From a virus, in the IMG/VR virus record IMGVR_UViG_3300009593_002680: 64,000 bases of DNA; one strand, given 5' to 3'. This document shows positions 38,486-46,050 of this stretch, one piece after another (positions within the stretch are counted from its first letter, which is position 1; each line of letters begins with the position of its first letter). Below the pieces are notes generated by a model. It was not told the DNA's origin and ran no database searches. It saw nothing but the letters and a program-made list of their open reading frames with translations. Both the position numbers and the translations under genes were made by a program.

Positions 38486-38749
38486 ATGACTACAACAACA
38501 TTCGTAAGTAAAGAAACTAAAGTTCTAACTGCTCTACAAGGTGGTGCTGAACTTACTTCTAAGCAAATAGCCGCAAGATTCGGCGCAGGAAACCCACAAG
38601 CAGTGATTCAATCACTAAGATTTAAAGGGTATCCAATCTATTTGAACACTCACAGTGATTCAAAAGGTAGAGTAACCAACAAATACAGATTAGGTACTGC
38701 TTCTAGAGAAGTAATTGCCGCTGGTTACCAAGCACTTGCCACTTCTTAA
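38486..38749 (+). CDS. winged-HTH DNA-binding protein
   Basis: LTSKQIAARFG...IQSLRFKGYPI...YRLG; AGGAGG SD. Confidence 0.65.
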   Translation: MTTTTFVSKETKVLTALQGGAELTSKQIAARFGAGNPQAVIQSLRFKGYPIYLNTHSDSKGRVTNKYRLGTASREVIAAGYQALATS

Positions 38750-38776
38750 GTAGCAAATAACCTTTACCGGTTAAAT

Positions 38777-38805
38777 AAAAAAGCACACCTAGGTGTGCTT
38801 TTTTT
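38777..38805 (+). terminator. intrinsic (bidirectional-type) terminator
   Basis: Palindrome AAAAAAGCACAC-CTAG-GTGTGCTTTTTT. Confidence 0.85.
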
Positions 38806-39093
38806 ATGATTGATTGAAAACACATATGGAAAGAACACAAACAGATAATCATTAATATTGTGTTCGGCGTTTATTGTGGTTTTGTTGGATTAGACGTTGA
38901 AATAATGCATTCCAGTAGACGTAGAAGCAACTCAGCCAATCTAATAGAAGAAAGTGTTGTAGATGAGTAACACTTTTTTCTAGCGGTATTCTTATTACCT
39001 GAACATCGAGAATAGTAGGTATTAACTACTTATTAACACATATAAAACACATTTATCCGGTAAATATATACACCAATCGAAAACAACACAACA

Positions 39094-39122
39094 TAACCCA
39101 CATGTGAATATCCTGTGGATAA
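39094..39122. promoter_or_regulatory. cluster of DnaA-box-like 9-mers
   Basis: TGTGGATAA (39114-39122, exact), TGTGAATAT (39103-39111), TAACCCACA (39094-39102). Confidence 0.4.
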
Positions 39123-39147
39123 CATGTTGAAAACTTTTAGGAAAAGG

Positions 39148-39176
39148 TTGACAACTACCCTTAAAAACTATATAAT
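39148..39176 (+). promoter_or_regulatory. sigma70 promoter (GG)TTGACA-N17-TATAAT
   Basis: Perfect consensus upstream of the OMP gene. Confidence 0.85.
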
Positions 39177-39253
39177 AATAGATTACTGTGACAAAACAGA
39201 CAGTATTTTTGTCGGTTGGTAGCAGTAATATAATAATAAAAAAGGAGGATTAA

Positions 39254-39895
39254 ATGAAAAATTTAATCAATATTGAGAATGGATTCAAAGTAGCAGTAAT
39301 ACTATTGCTTTCTATGATTGCATTCGGGGCCCAAGCGGCTTCAGTGAGCGGAAACGTTGGTTACGGAAGTGATTACGTTTTCAGAGGTCAATCTCAAACA
39401 CAAGGCGATAGTGCTTTATCAATGGGTCTACACTTAGACGCAGGTAAAGGCATTTATGCTGGAGTCTGGGCATCAGAAGTTTCTTATGCTGGCAGTGATG
39501 CTGACAGAGAAACAGACATGTATGTTGGTTGGGCTGGATCAATGGGAGACATTAGTCTTGACGTTGGTTACATCGACTATGCATATAGTGGTGATGGCTC
39601 TTTAGATGGTTCAGAGTATTTTATCTCAGGATCATGGAAAGATTTGACTGTATCTCACAACATCGGAAACGATGACTTCAACGACTACACAGAAGTCTCA
39701 TATAACGTAATGGACGCAGTTGATGTGTCTTATGGTTCATGGGATAATGTAGGCGACAATTGGTCAGTGAGTAGAAGTTTTGATTTACCTATGGGTATTG
39801 AAGGAACAGTTGCTTATGTGGACTTTGCCGCTGAAGACGGCTCAGGACTTGCAGACGAAGATACTTTTGTATTTTCAGTTAGCAAATCATTCTAA
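39254..39895 (+). CDS. outer-membrane beta-barrel protein (TIGR02001/TorF-like)
   Basis: Signal peptide ending AQA, SDYVFRGQSQT motif, alternating strands, terminal Phe; AAGGAGG SD. Confidence 0.85.
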   Translation: MKNLINIENGFKVAVILLLSMIAFGAQAASVSGNVGYGSDYVFRGQSQTQGDSALSMGLHLDAGKGIYAGVWASEVSYAGSDADRETDMYVGWAGSMGDISLDVGYIDYAYSGDGSLDGSEYFISGSWKDLTVSHNIGNDDFNDYTEVSYNVMDAVDVSYGSWDNVGDNWSVSRSFDLPMGIEGTVAYVDFAAEDGSGLADEDTFVFSVSKSF

Positions 39896-39938
39896 CATTA
39901 GTTAGATAAGTCCTTTTAAGTTATTAATAACATAAGAT

Positions 39939-39970
39939 AGGGTAATATTTAGGTATTGCCCTTTCTTTTT
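39939..39970 (+). terminator. intrinsic terminator
   Basis: AGGGTAATA/TATTGCCCT stem followed by TTCTTTTT. Confidence 0.7.
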
Positions 39971-40002
39971 GACTAAAAAACCACAATATATGCATATTCT
40001 GG

Positions 40003-40031
40003 TTGACAAATACCACAAGATGTTGTAATAT
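40003..40031 (+). promoter_or_regulatory. sigma70-type promoter (GG)TTGACA-N17-TAATAT
   Basis: Near consensus. Confidence 0.6.
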
Positions 40032-40064
40032 AAGCATATTAACTAAACATCATAGGAGTAAAAT

Positions 40065-40271
40065 ATGATAGACTTTAAAGAAATCGCTTTAAACACTTTA
40101 ACTGGATTGTACTGGATAACTATTCTAACAATAGTAGTAGTTGCATATGGCTACCTAATTAGCCTATTTAACCTACCTGAAGCAGTAGAAACACTTATAT
40201 TGTTCTTGCCCTTAGTATTATTTGCGGCTTACAATATGGGTGCATTAAGACGTATTAATTCAAAAAAATAG
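40065..40271 (+). CDS. small two-TM membrane protein
   Basis: 68 aa, hydrophobic, AGGAG SD. Confidence 0.65.
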   Translation: MIDFKEIALNTLTGLYWITILTIVVVAYGYLISLFNLPEAVETLILFLPLVLFAAYNMGALRRINSKK

Positions 40272-40272
40272 G

Positions 40273-40301
40273 TTGACATTTACCAGATAATCTGGTATAA
40301 T
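40273..40301 (+). promoter_or_regulatory. sigma70 promoter with internal palindrome
   Basis: TTGACA-N17-TATAAT; TACCAGA-TAA-TCTGGTA at 40281-40297; ATG 7 nt after the -10. Confidence 0.8.
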
Positions 40302-40308
40302 TGTTACT

Positions 40309-40749
40309 ATGACTATGCATCTTGCACAGGGTCTTACGACTCTTAGGAATAAAAAGTATAAGCCTAAAATGACAAAGGCTAATGTAGCCAAATGGCAAGA
40401 AGGCTTAAGACTTAAAAATAAAGAGCATAAAAGATTGGGTTTACCTAAGTGGTCTTTTGAGCAGTATGTTGATTACTGTCACGGAATATCACCTAAGGTA
40501 GACCCAAGAAGTAGAGAAGCATTTAAGCCTAGAAAAGATACGGTTGCTGATGAAAGAATGCGTGAGCAAAGAGAATATGCAGAAAAGTATCCTAGTATGC
40601 CTTTAACAGGCGGAGGTGGTACTGCTGAAGATATTGCATGGCAACGAGAGAAAGCAGAAATATGCAAGAACTATACTATTGCTCCTGCTTACAATAAAGG
40701 TGCATATCAAGTAATTGGTAAAAATAATATTAAGGATATTGGTAAATGA
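40309..40749 (+). CDS. conserved phage-type hypothetical protein
   Basis: C-terminal APAYNKGAYQ motif; basic. Confidence 0.65.
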   Translation: MTMHLAQGLTTLRNKKYKPKMTKANVAKWQEGLRLKNKEHKRLGLPKWSFEQYVDYCHGISPKVDPRSREAFKPRKDTVADERMREQREYAEKYPSMPLTGGGGTAEDIAWQREKAEICKNYTIAPAYNKGAYQVIGKNNIKDIGK

Positions 40750-40940
40750 CTTTTACAGAAGATGAAGCCAAAGTGGCAATTATGCGATTGAATGGTGAAA
40801 TAGTTGATTGTAGTATTTGTTTTAAACCTATGCTATATAAACATTCACACAATGCAAGTCCTGTATCAGATAAAAGATGTTGTGAAAAATGTAATTACGA
40901 TGTAGTAATACCTAATAGGATGGAAAATTACAATGCGTAA
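40746..40940 (+). CDS. small Zn-finger protein
   Basis: CSIC...CCEKC. Confidence 0.6.
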   Translation: MTFTEDEAKVAIMRLNGEIVDCSICFKPMLYKHSHNASPVSDKRCCEKCNYDVVIPNRMENYNA

Positions 40941-41003
40941 CCCATTACCAGATATAATTGTAACTCTAGCCATACTCACAATGATATTTGTAGCAGTTCA
41001 GAA

Positions 41004-41294
41004 TTGGCAAGGAGTAATGACTTGAGTAGAAACAATAATATAGAGTTAGCCAAACTAGATAGTGGCGAATATGTGTATGGAACTTATAATGAAGTAGAAG
41101 CATACGCAGATGTAAACAATACTGTAGTAGATAGATATTTGGATCATGTAAATCCTTCTACAGTTTACAATCATTTTAAATGGGTAGGAAAAGGATTATC
41201 AGATCCTTATAGTGTTAGTGTACCATTTGACTATAGACAATCAAGAGCCAAAGGAAATTTTAATGCACGTGGTGTTGACCAGGATAAATTTTAA
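41004..41294 (+). CDS. hypothetical protein
   Basis: 96 aa ORF; start uncertain. Confidence 0.5.
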   Translation: MARSNDLSRNNNIELAKLDSGEYVYGTYNEVEAYADVNNTVVDRYLDHVNPSTVYNHFKWVGKGLSDPYSVSVPFDYRQSRAKGNFNARGVDQDKF

Positions 41295-41295
41295 T

Positions 41296-41457
41296 ATGGT
41301 AGAAAAAATTAAACATTGGGCCAATGTATGTAAAATACACTGGAGAGAAATTATTACATTGTCTATAGCATTACATTGGGCAGTAGACTTATTAATAATT
41401 GTTCCTATAACATTAACAATAGGATATTTTACAGGAGTCCACTTTGGCGGACACTAG
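41296..41457 (+). CDS. small membrane protein
   Basis: MVEKIKHW... with two hydrophobic segments. Confidence 0.55.
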   Translation: MVEKIKHWANVCKIHWREIITLSIALHWAVDLLIIVPITLTIGYFTGVHFGGH

Positions 41458-41575
41458 TGAATGGGACAAACATGTTGCCATATCAGAATTATTAGATGTG
41501 GATTTGAAGTGTCCACATTGTGAAGAGGTTTTAAAGAAAGCAGATGAGCGAAGAAAACAAAGAACAGAAAAGTAA
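41444..41575 (+). CDS. 43-aa protein with CPHC motif
   Basis: TTG start with AGGAG SD; MADTSEWDKHVAISELLDVDLKCPHCEEVLKKADERRKQRTEK; not in the ORF track. Confidence 0.45.
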   Translation: MADTSEWDKHVAISELLDVDLKCPHCEEVLKKADERRKQRTEK

Positions 41576-41810
41576 AGGTCAATGGCACGGAGGAAAAGGT
41601 TCTGTGCAAAAACCTAGTGACCAAGACAAGTATGCAGAGAATTGGGATAAGATTTTTGGTAAGAAAAAGACATTATCAAAACGTGAACAAGTATTATTAA
41701 ACCCAAAACTGTATTACAATAAAAACGATAAAGACTCAGGTTCACCCCAAGGTCCAGAAGGCACATATACAGATGATGCAAAACCAACACCTGGTGCTAA
41801 AGGAGACTAA
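41544..41810 (+). CDS. hypothetical protein
   Basis: HGGKGS...YAENWDKIFG motif. Confidence 0.6.
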   Translation: MSEENKEQKSKGQWHGGKGSVQKPSDQDKYAENWDKIFGKKKTLSKREQVLLNPKLYYNKNDKDSGSPQGPEGTYTDDAKPTPGAKGD

Positions 41811-42037
41811 TGAATCAAAATGAAAAACCATATCAGGGCCTAGCCTGGTTTGCTACTACAATATTAATACTAGCGGCTAGTTTGGCAAGTTTTGTACCAC
41901 ACTTAGAATTACATCACTATGCTTTTATTACTGCAAATAGTTTGTGGGTTTATGTAGGAATAATGTGGAAAGAACAAACTGTATGGGTTTTAAATGGCGG
42001 ACTTACAATAATATATGTCTTAGGATTAGCATTTTAA
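41810..42037 (+). CDS. small membrane protein
   Basis: Three hydrophobic segments. Confidence 0.6.
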   Translation: MNQNEKPYQGLAWFATTILILAASLASFVPHLELHHYAFITANSLWVYVGIMWKEQTVWVLNGGLTIIYVLGLAF

Positions 42038-42039
42038 GG

Positions 42040-42067
42040 TTGACAAATAACAAAAGTAAAGTATAAT
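42040..42067 (+). promoter_or_regulatory. sigma70-type promoter (GG)TTGACA-N16-TATAAT
   Basis: Consensus hexamers; AGGAGG SD downstream. Confidence 0.7.
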
Positions 42068-42105
42068 AAATTTATTAACATAAAGACCTAGGAGGGTCGC
42101 TCAAT

Positions 42106-43278
42106 ATGTCAAAAACTTACGCAGATAAAAAGAACTCGAGGTTCCAAGAACAGGAAAGTAACTATGTTGATGTAAATCAACGTCTAACTGACTGTATTCA
42201 ATTAAATCCTATTCTCTCTAAAAAACTTAAAAGTGGTGTAGCAGAATGGATAGGTAGAAACCCCAAGTTGAAAAAATGGGCCGACATGGCTCTTGTAACA
42301 GCCGCACCAACAGACTTAACATTAGCAGATATCGATATAGATACTACAATGCAACGTCAAGTAAACTGGCGACACATACTTGCTATCTTACTTAAATTTA
42401 GCGAAAGCATGGTAATGCCTATACAATGTAATATTAATCCAGAAACAGGCAGACTAAATGCTTGGGACGGACAACACACAGTCATTGTGTTGTATATTAT
42501 TGCAGTTTGGATATTTGGATTAAATCCTAAAGAAGTAAAAATACCAGTAAACATTTACCCAAGAGCAAAACGTTTAGATATTAGACGTAACTTTATATTG
42601 CTAAATGGTGATGCTAAAGATCCATTAGATACAATTGATTTAGTTGAATCAATGATTATGGGTGTGAATGTTGATGGATCAGATGATGCTGAATGGGTAG
42701 AGATGTCAGAGAAACAGGCAATGATGGCAGAAGTTGGATTGTTCATGACACACAAGAAGTTGGGCGATGAAGATGAAGCAGGTGCATTTACACTATTAGC
42801 AGATACTGTTTACTCGAAAAAGAAAGACAAGCAGAAGCCTAAAGAAGTTACACAAATGTTCTGTGACTATTGGGCATACATTGACCAAGAACGTCCTGTA
42901 CAAGCAAAAGAAGCCAGACAGTTGTATGAGTTCTTTAACTTACTATACGAACAAGGCATCGATGTTACTGATGATTACTTGGTACAGTTTGCGGCATTCA
43001 CAAAACAACACTTTAATGCAGACTTTAGCCCTGATGGTCAATTTTGGTTAAAAGTAAGAGCAAGTTTTGAGAATTGGTATAAAGCATTTCATAGAAAAGA
43101 TCCTAATAAAATATGTCCTAAGACTGGAGACATTATAGCAAGAAACTATTGGGCTTCAGAAATATATACAGGACTACCTTTCTTAATTGCTCAAATGAAT
43201 AAAAGTGTACCAGATATGCAAACACCGTTCTATGATGCTCCTAGTGGTTACAAACCTAAGGAAAATGAACTATGGTAA
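42106..43278 (+). CDS. ParB/Srx-superfamily (DGQH-type) protein
   Basis: DIDTTMQR...MPI...LNAWDGQHT...F..LNG. Confidence 0.6.
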   Translation: MSKTYADKKNSRFQEQESNYVDVNQRLTDCIQLNPILSKKLKSGVAEWIGRNPKLKKWADMALVTAAPTDLTLADIDIDTTMQRQVNWRHILAILLKFSESMVMPIQCNINPETGRLNAWDGQHTVIVLYIIAVWIFGLNPKEVKIPVNIYPRAKRLDIRRNFILLNGDAKDPLDTIDLVESMIMGVNVDGSDDAEWVEMSEKQAMMAEVGLFMTHKKLGDEDEAGAFTLLADTVYSKKKDKQKPKEVTQMFCDYWAYIDQERPVQAKEARQLYEFFNLLYEQGIDVTDDYLVQFAAFTKQHFNADFSPDGQFWLKVRASFENWYKAFHRKDPNKICPKTGDIIARNYWASEIYTGLPFLIAQMNKSVPDMQTPFYDAPSGYKPKENELW

Positions 43279-43721
43279 AGTTAAGACTCAGAGAAGAAGA
43301 CGTAGAAAAGCCAGACAGGCTCATTAAAGAGCAAATGGGCATGAAATGTATGCTTGAAGATTGCGATGAAGAGTTGACTACTATGACTGGACCAGGTAGT
43401 AACATACTATGTAGAGAGCATCAATTAGAATGTGTTGAATATGGAGGTATGGGTAAACCAGAAAGACCTTGGACATTTTATAGAACTATGGAATGTGCAA
43501 AGTGTGGATATAACCCGACTGAAGATCCACAGTTCGAAGAGATAGAAGATGAGTATCATAGACTTCGTGTAATGCGAGCCATTATGCATGGTGACCATAT
43601 ACACCTAAAGAGCCAAGGCGGTGCTAATACGAAGGATAACATACAGACATTATGTGTTAAATGCCATATGATTAAAACATATAAGGATAAGGATTATTTA
43701 GGTGCCAAACAAAACAATTGA
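43272..43721 (+). CDS. HNH endonuclease-like protein
   Basis: CAKC...GDHIHLKSQGGANTKDNIQTLCVKCHMIKT. Confidence 0.8.
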   Translation: MVKLRLREEDVEKPDRLIKEQMGMKCMLEDCDEELTTMTGPGSNILCREHQLECVEYGGMGKPERPWTFYRTMECAKCGYNPTEDPQFEEIEDEYHRLRVMRAIMHGDHIHLKSQGGANTKDNIQTLCVKCHMIKTYKDKDYLGAKQNN

Positions 43722-44082
43722 AGAATATCTAGAAGGACAGATTAACGATGACTTCAAAAACAGTATCTTAGTTATTTGTGCTCCTGTTAAAGATGATGGT
43801 GACTATGACTGGATTACAGAAGGTGCTGTACATAATGCTATACTGCCTATCACTAAATGGCTAGAAGATAATGATATAAGCGGTGAAATGCGTATGAACT
43901 ATGGCTCACCTAAATTAGAATCAGTAGGTCATAGTCATGATTTTTGTGTAAATGTTTGGATAAGACCTAAAGAGAAAAAATTTACTGCTGAAGAAGAAAT
44001 GGTTTTTAAATTAAAGTTTAATGACCTAATACCTATAACTGACCTTAAACCATATATGGATAAATTCCTATCAGGGAAATAA
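43702..44082 (+). CDS. hypothetical protein
   Basis: 126 aa ORF, GTG start. Confidence 0.5.
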   Translation: MPNKTIEEYLEGQINDDFKNSILVICAPVKDDGDYDWITEGAVHNAILPITKWLEDNDISGEMRMNYGSPKLESVGHSHDFCVNVWIRPKEKKFTAEEEMVFKLKFNDLIPITDLKPYMDKFLSGK

Positions 44083-44088
44083 GTCAAT

Positions 44089-44111
44089 AAAAAAGCAGAC
44101 CGAAGTCTGCT
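44089..44111 (-). terminator. intrinsic terminator with cUUCGg tetraloop
   Basis: Minus strand AGCAGAC-TTCG-GTCTGCT-TTTTT. Confidence 0.85.
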
Positions 44112-44143
44112 CTCTTACTAGAATGTCTATTCTAAAATTGTAC

Positions 44144-44482
44144 TTATGTGCCGATTTCTAAAGGCTTTGCAGTACATACTGCTCCACTTATATCAACGGA
44201 ATCAACTGTACCTAATGCTCTGATTCTTGCTTGAAGTCCTGAATCTAATGCACCTTCAATAATAAAAGTTTGCTCAGTGTTTGAATTGTGTAATCCACCT
44301 GCGGCTAATATAACTCTTGTTTCTTGAATAGCATTTAATACGGCTTGTTGAGCACCATCAGGTCCAGCACTACCGTTAATTGCATTAATGTAATCAATTG
44401 TGAAGATAGAAACATCTTTACCGATTACCTCAGATGCAGAACCTGTAGTAGTTGCACTTGGGTTTGTTTTTGCTATTGCCAT
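44144..44482 (-). CDS. small A/G/T-rich putative virion structural protein
   Basis: Late box 44526-44532, AGGAG SD, own terminator; paralog of 44602..44970. Confidence 0.55.
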   Translation of the reverse strand: MAIAKTNPSATTTGSASEVIGKDVSIFTIDYINAINGSAGPDGAQQAVLNAIQETRVILAAGGLHNSNTEQTFIIEGALDSGLQARIRALGTVDSVDISGAVCTAKPLEIGT

Positions 44483-44552
44483 TGTTTTCTCCTAATTAGG
44501 TTAGACTTTTACGTCTTGTTACATGTATTTATGCAATATAGGGATTTTAGTC

Positions 44553-44583
44553 AAAAAGAAAGGAGCAATAATGCTCCCTTCTT
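44553..44583 (-). terminator. intrinsic terminator
   Basis: GAAGGGAGCA/TGCTCCTTTC stem followed by a T-run on the minus strand. Confidence 0.8.
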
Positions 44584-44601
44584 CTATAATAATTTTAAGA
44601 C

Positions 44602-44970
44602 TTATAGGTCAAATGCGGCAACTGTTGCTGATGCAAGGTTAATTCCATCTACAGTTCCTAATGCTATAACAACATCTTCTAAGTGAGCCGCTAGGGTTTC
44701 ACTGTTTGTTCCGTCGTATGTATCAGTTCCGTGTTCACCTTCAAAAAGAATTTTAAGTCCTTGTCCAGTTCCACCTGTGTTATCAACTGTACCAATTGCT
44801 AAAGGTGTTAGACCTTCGTTTTGAATTGCTTTCATTGTTGCGTCTACGGCTGAGCCTACTGCCAATTTAGCAGAACAGTCTGCGCCGAAATCTATTTGGA
44901 TACCCGCAAGTACTTTACCACCTACGTGTCCAGCGGCTACTGCCGCGCCTGAGTTTTGAGTTTGTGCCAT
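44602..44970 (-). CDS. small A/G/T-rich putative virion structural protein
   Basis: TATAAATA at 45028-45035 (minus), AGGAG SD; shares LGTVD motif with its neighbour. Confidence 0.55.
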   Translation of the reverse strand: MAQTQNSGAAVAAGHVGGKVLAGIQIDFGADCSAKLAVGSAVDATMKAIQNEGLTPLAIGTVDNTGGTGQGLKILFEGEHGTDTYDGTNSETLAAHLEDVVIALGTVDGINLASATVAAFDL

Positions 44971-45094
44971 TTTATGACTCCTAATTTGTTGTGGAAACTA
45001 CATTGTTGTATATTTCCTAGTTGCTATTATTTATATAAAATGCCCAAAAAAACAAGGTTTTTAAAAAAATAATACAAAAAGATGTAAAAAAAGG

Positions 45095-45142
45095 TTGATT
45101 TTTGCCAATAAAGTACTATATAATACATATAGATTATAAATA
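45095..45142 (+). promoter_or_regulatory. tandem sigma70-like (TTGATT-N18-TATAAT) and late (TATAAATA, 45135-45142) promoters
   Basis: Motifs read directly. Confidence 0.55.
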
Positions 45143-45147
45143 TCTTT

Positions 45148-45490
45148 GCAATTACAAAAGTAAGGGCAACAGGATCGTAAGTGAATGACGTCTACTACAA
45201 TTGAAATTGCATGTATTATCAACGGAAAGGTAACACAAGGTAATTGGATCGTAAGTGAAAAAAACCGACTGGTGACCAAACAAAGAAGATAATACATTAT
45301 TAAGACATAGTCTTAAAAAGAGCTCGGACAAAGCGAAATCTTCGGACTAGTGGAGTTTTAAAAAGAGCTCGGACAATGTCTACTTGGGTTGCCCAACAAA
45401 GGACTTTAATTGGCAAGAGTTAAAGAAACCAAGAAGTGCAACAAGTAGGAAGAAGGGACAGGACACACACTAACGAATGCCCCTTCATCC
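45148..45490 (+). ncRNA. candidate large structured GGA-rich RNA
   Basis: No plus-strand ORF in the track; 14-bp and 19-bp direct repeats; several 6-11 bp helices; 11 GGA motifs in 45172-45463. Confidence 0.55.
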
Positions 45491-45533
45491 CGCGAACTTT
45501 TTATTCGCCATATGGGTTTAAAAAGTTGGAATA

Positions 45534-45565
45534 GATAAACTTGCTAAATATAGGAGATTATTATG
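45534..45565 (+). promoter_or_regulatory. ROSE-like RNA thermometer hairpin over the hsp20 SD
   Basis: CTTGCTA-AATA-TAGGAG: UUGCU pairs with AGGA leaving the G bulged; outer helix GATAA/TTATT. Confidence 0.7.
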
Positions 45566-46000
45566 AATAAGCAAATCCGATTCACAACCGAATCACTATC
45601 CCCACTATATAAAATGAGTATAGGTTTTGACAGACTAGCAGAACAGTTTTTCAATGACCCTACTTTCTCAAATGCACAAACAGGCTATCCGCCTTATAAC
45701 ATTGCCAAAAAAGAAGATGATATATATGAAGTCACTCTTGCAGTAGCAGGATTCAAAAAAGACGACATTGATATTTCACTTGAAGATGGCACACTTATTA
45801 TAAAAGGTGAAAGCAACGTGCTAGATGAGTCCGTTGAATATCTTCATAAAGGTATTGCTGAAAGAAACTTTATTAGAACTTTCAAACTTGCAGAGTTTGT
45901 TGAAGTTAAAGAAGCAAAACTTGAGGACGGTATTTTAAGAGTTTCATTATTTAGGAATGTTCCTGATGCCATGAAACCGAAAAAAATCGAGATATCATAA
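45563..46000 (+). CDS. hsp20: small heat shock protein (Hsp20, IbpA-like)
   Basis: IGFDRL, YPPYNI, LAVAGF, YLHKGIAERNF, LEDGILRV. Confidence 0.95.
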   Translation: MNKQIRFTTESLSPLYKMSIGFDRLAEQFFNDPTFSNAQTGYPPYNIAKKEDDIYEVTLAVAGFKKDDIDISLEDGTLIIKGESNVLDESVEYLHKGIAERNFIRTFKLAEFVEVKEAKLEDGILRVSLFRNVPDAMKPKKIEIS

Positions 46001-46015
46001 AATTGCGGTAAATAT

Positions 46016-46043
46016 GTGGGTAGCAGTATTTTCTGCTACCTAC
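46016..46043 (+). other. 11-bp hairpin immediately upstream of the bL33 start
   Basis: GTGGGTAGCAG/CTGCTACCTAC; no U-tract after it and no SD. Confidence 0.7.
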
Positions 46044-46050
46044 AATAATT

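Noticed and set aside
38808-38970. Short open frames in the gap after the terminator
   Set aside because: No start codon with an RBS on either strand
45148-45490. tmRNA, RNase P RNA or CRISPR array interpretation
   Set aside because: No tRNA-like termini or tag ORF; AGTGCAACA is present but GAGGAAAGTCC and the other RNase P conserved regions are not; repeats occur only twice each, as two different sequences
45479-45514. sigma32 promoter for hsp20 (CCTTCAT ... CGCCATAT)
   Set aside because: The -10 looks plausible, but the -35 is poor and the 17-nt spacing exceeds the usual 13-15
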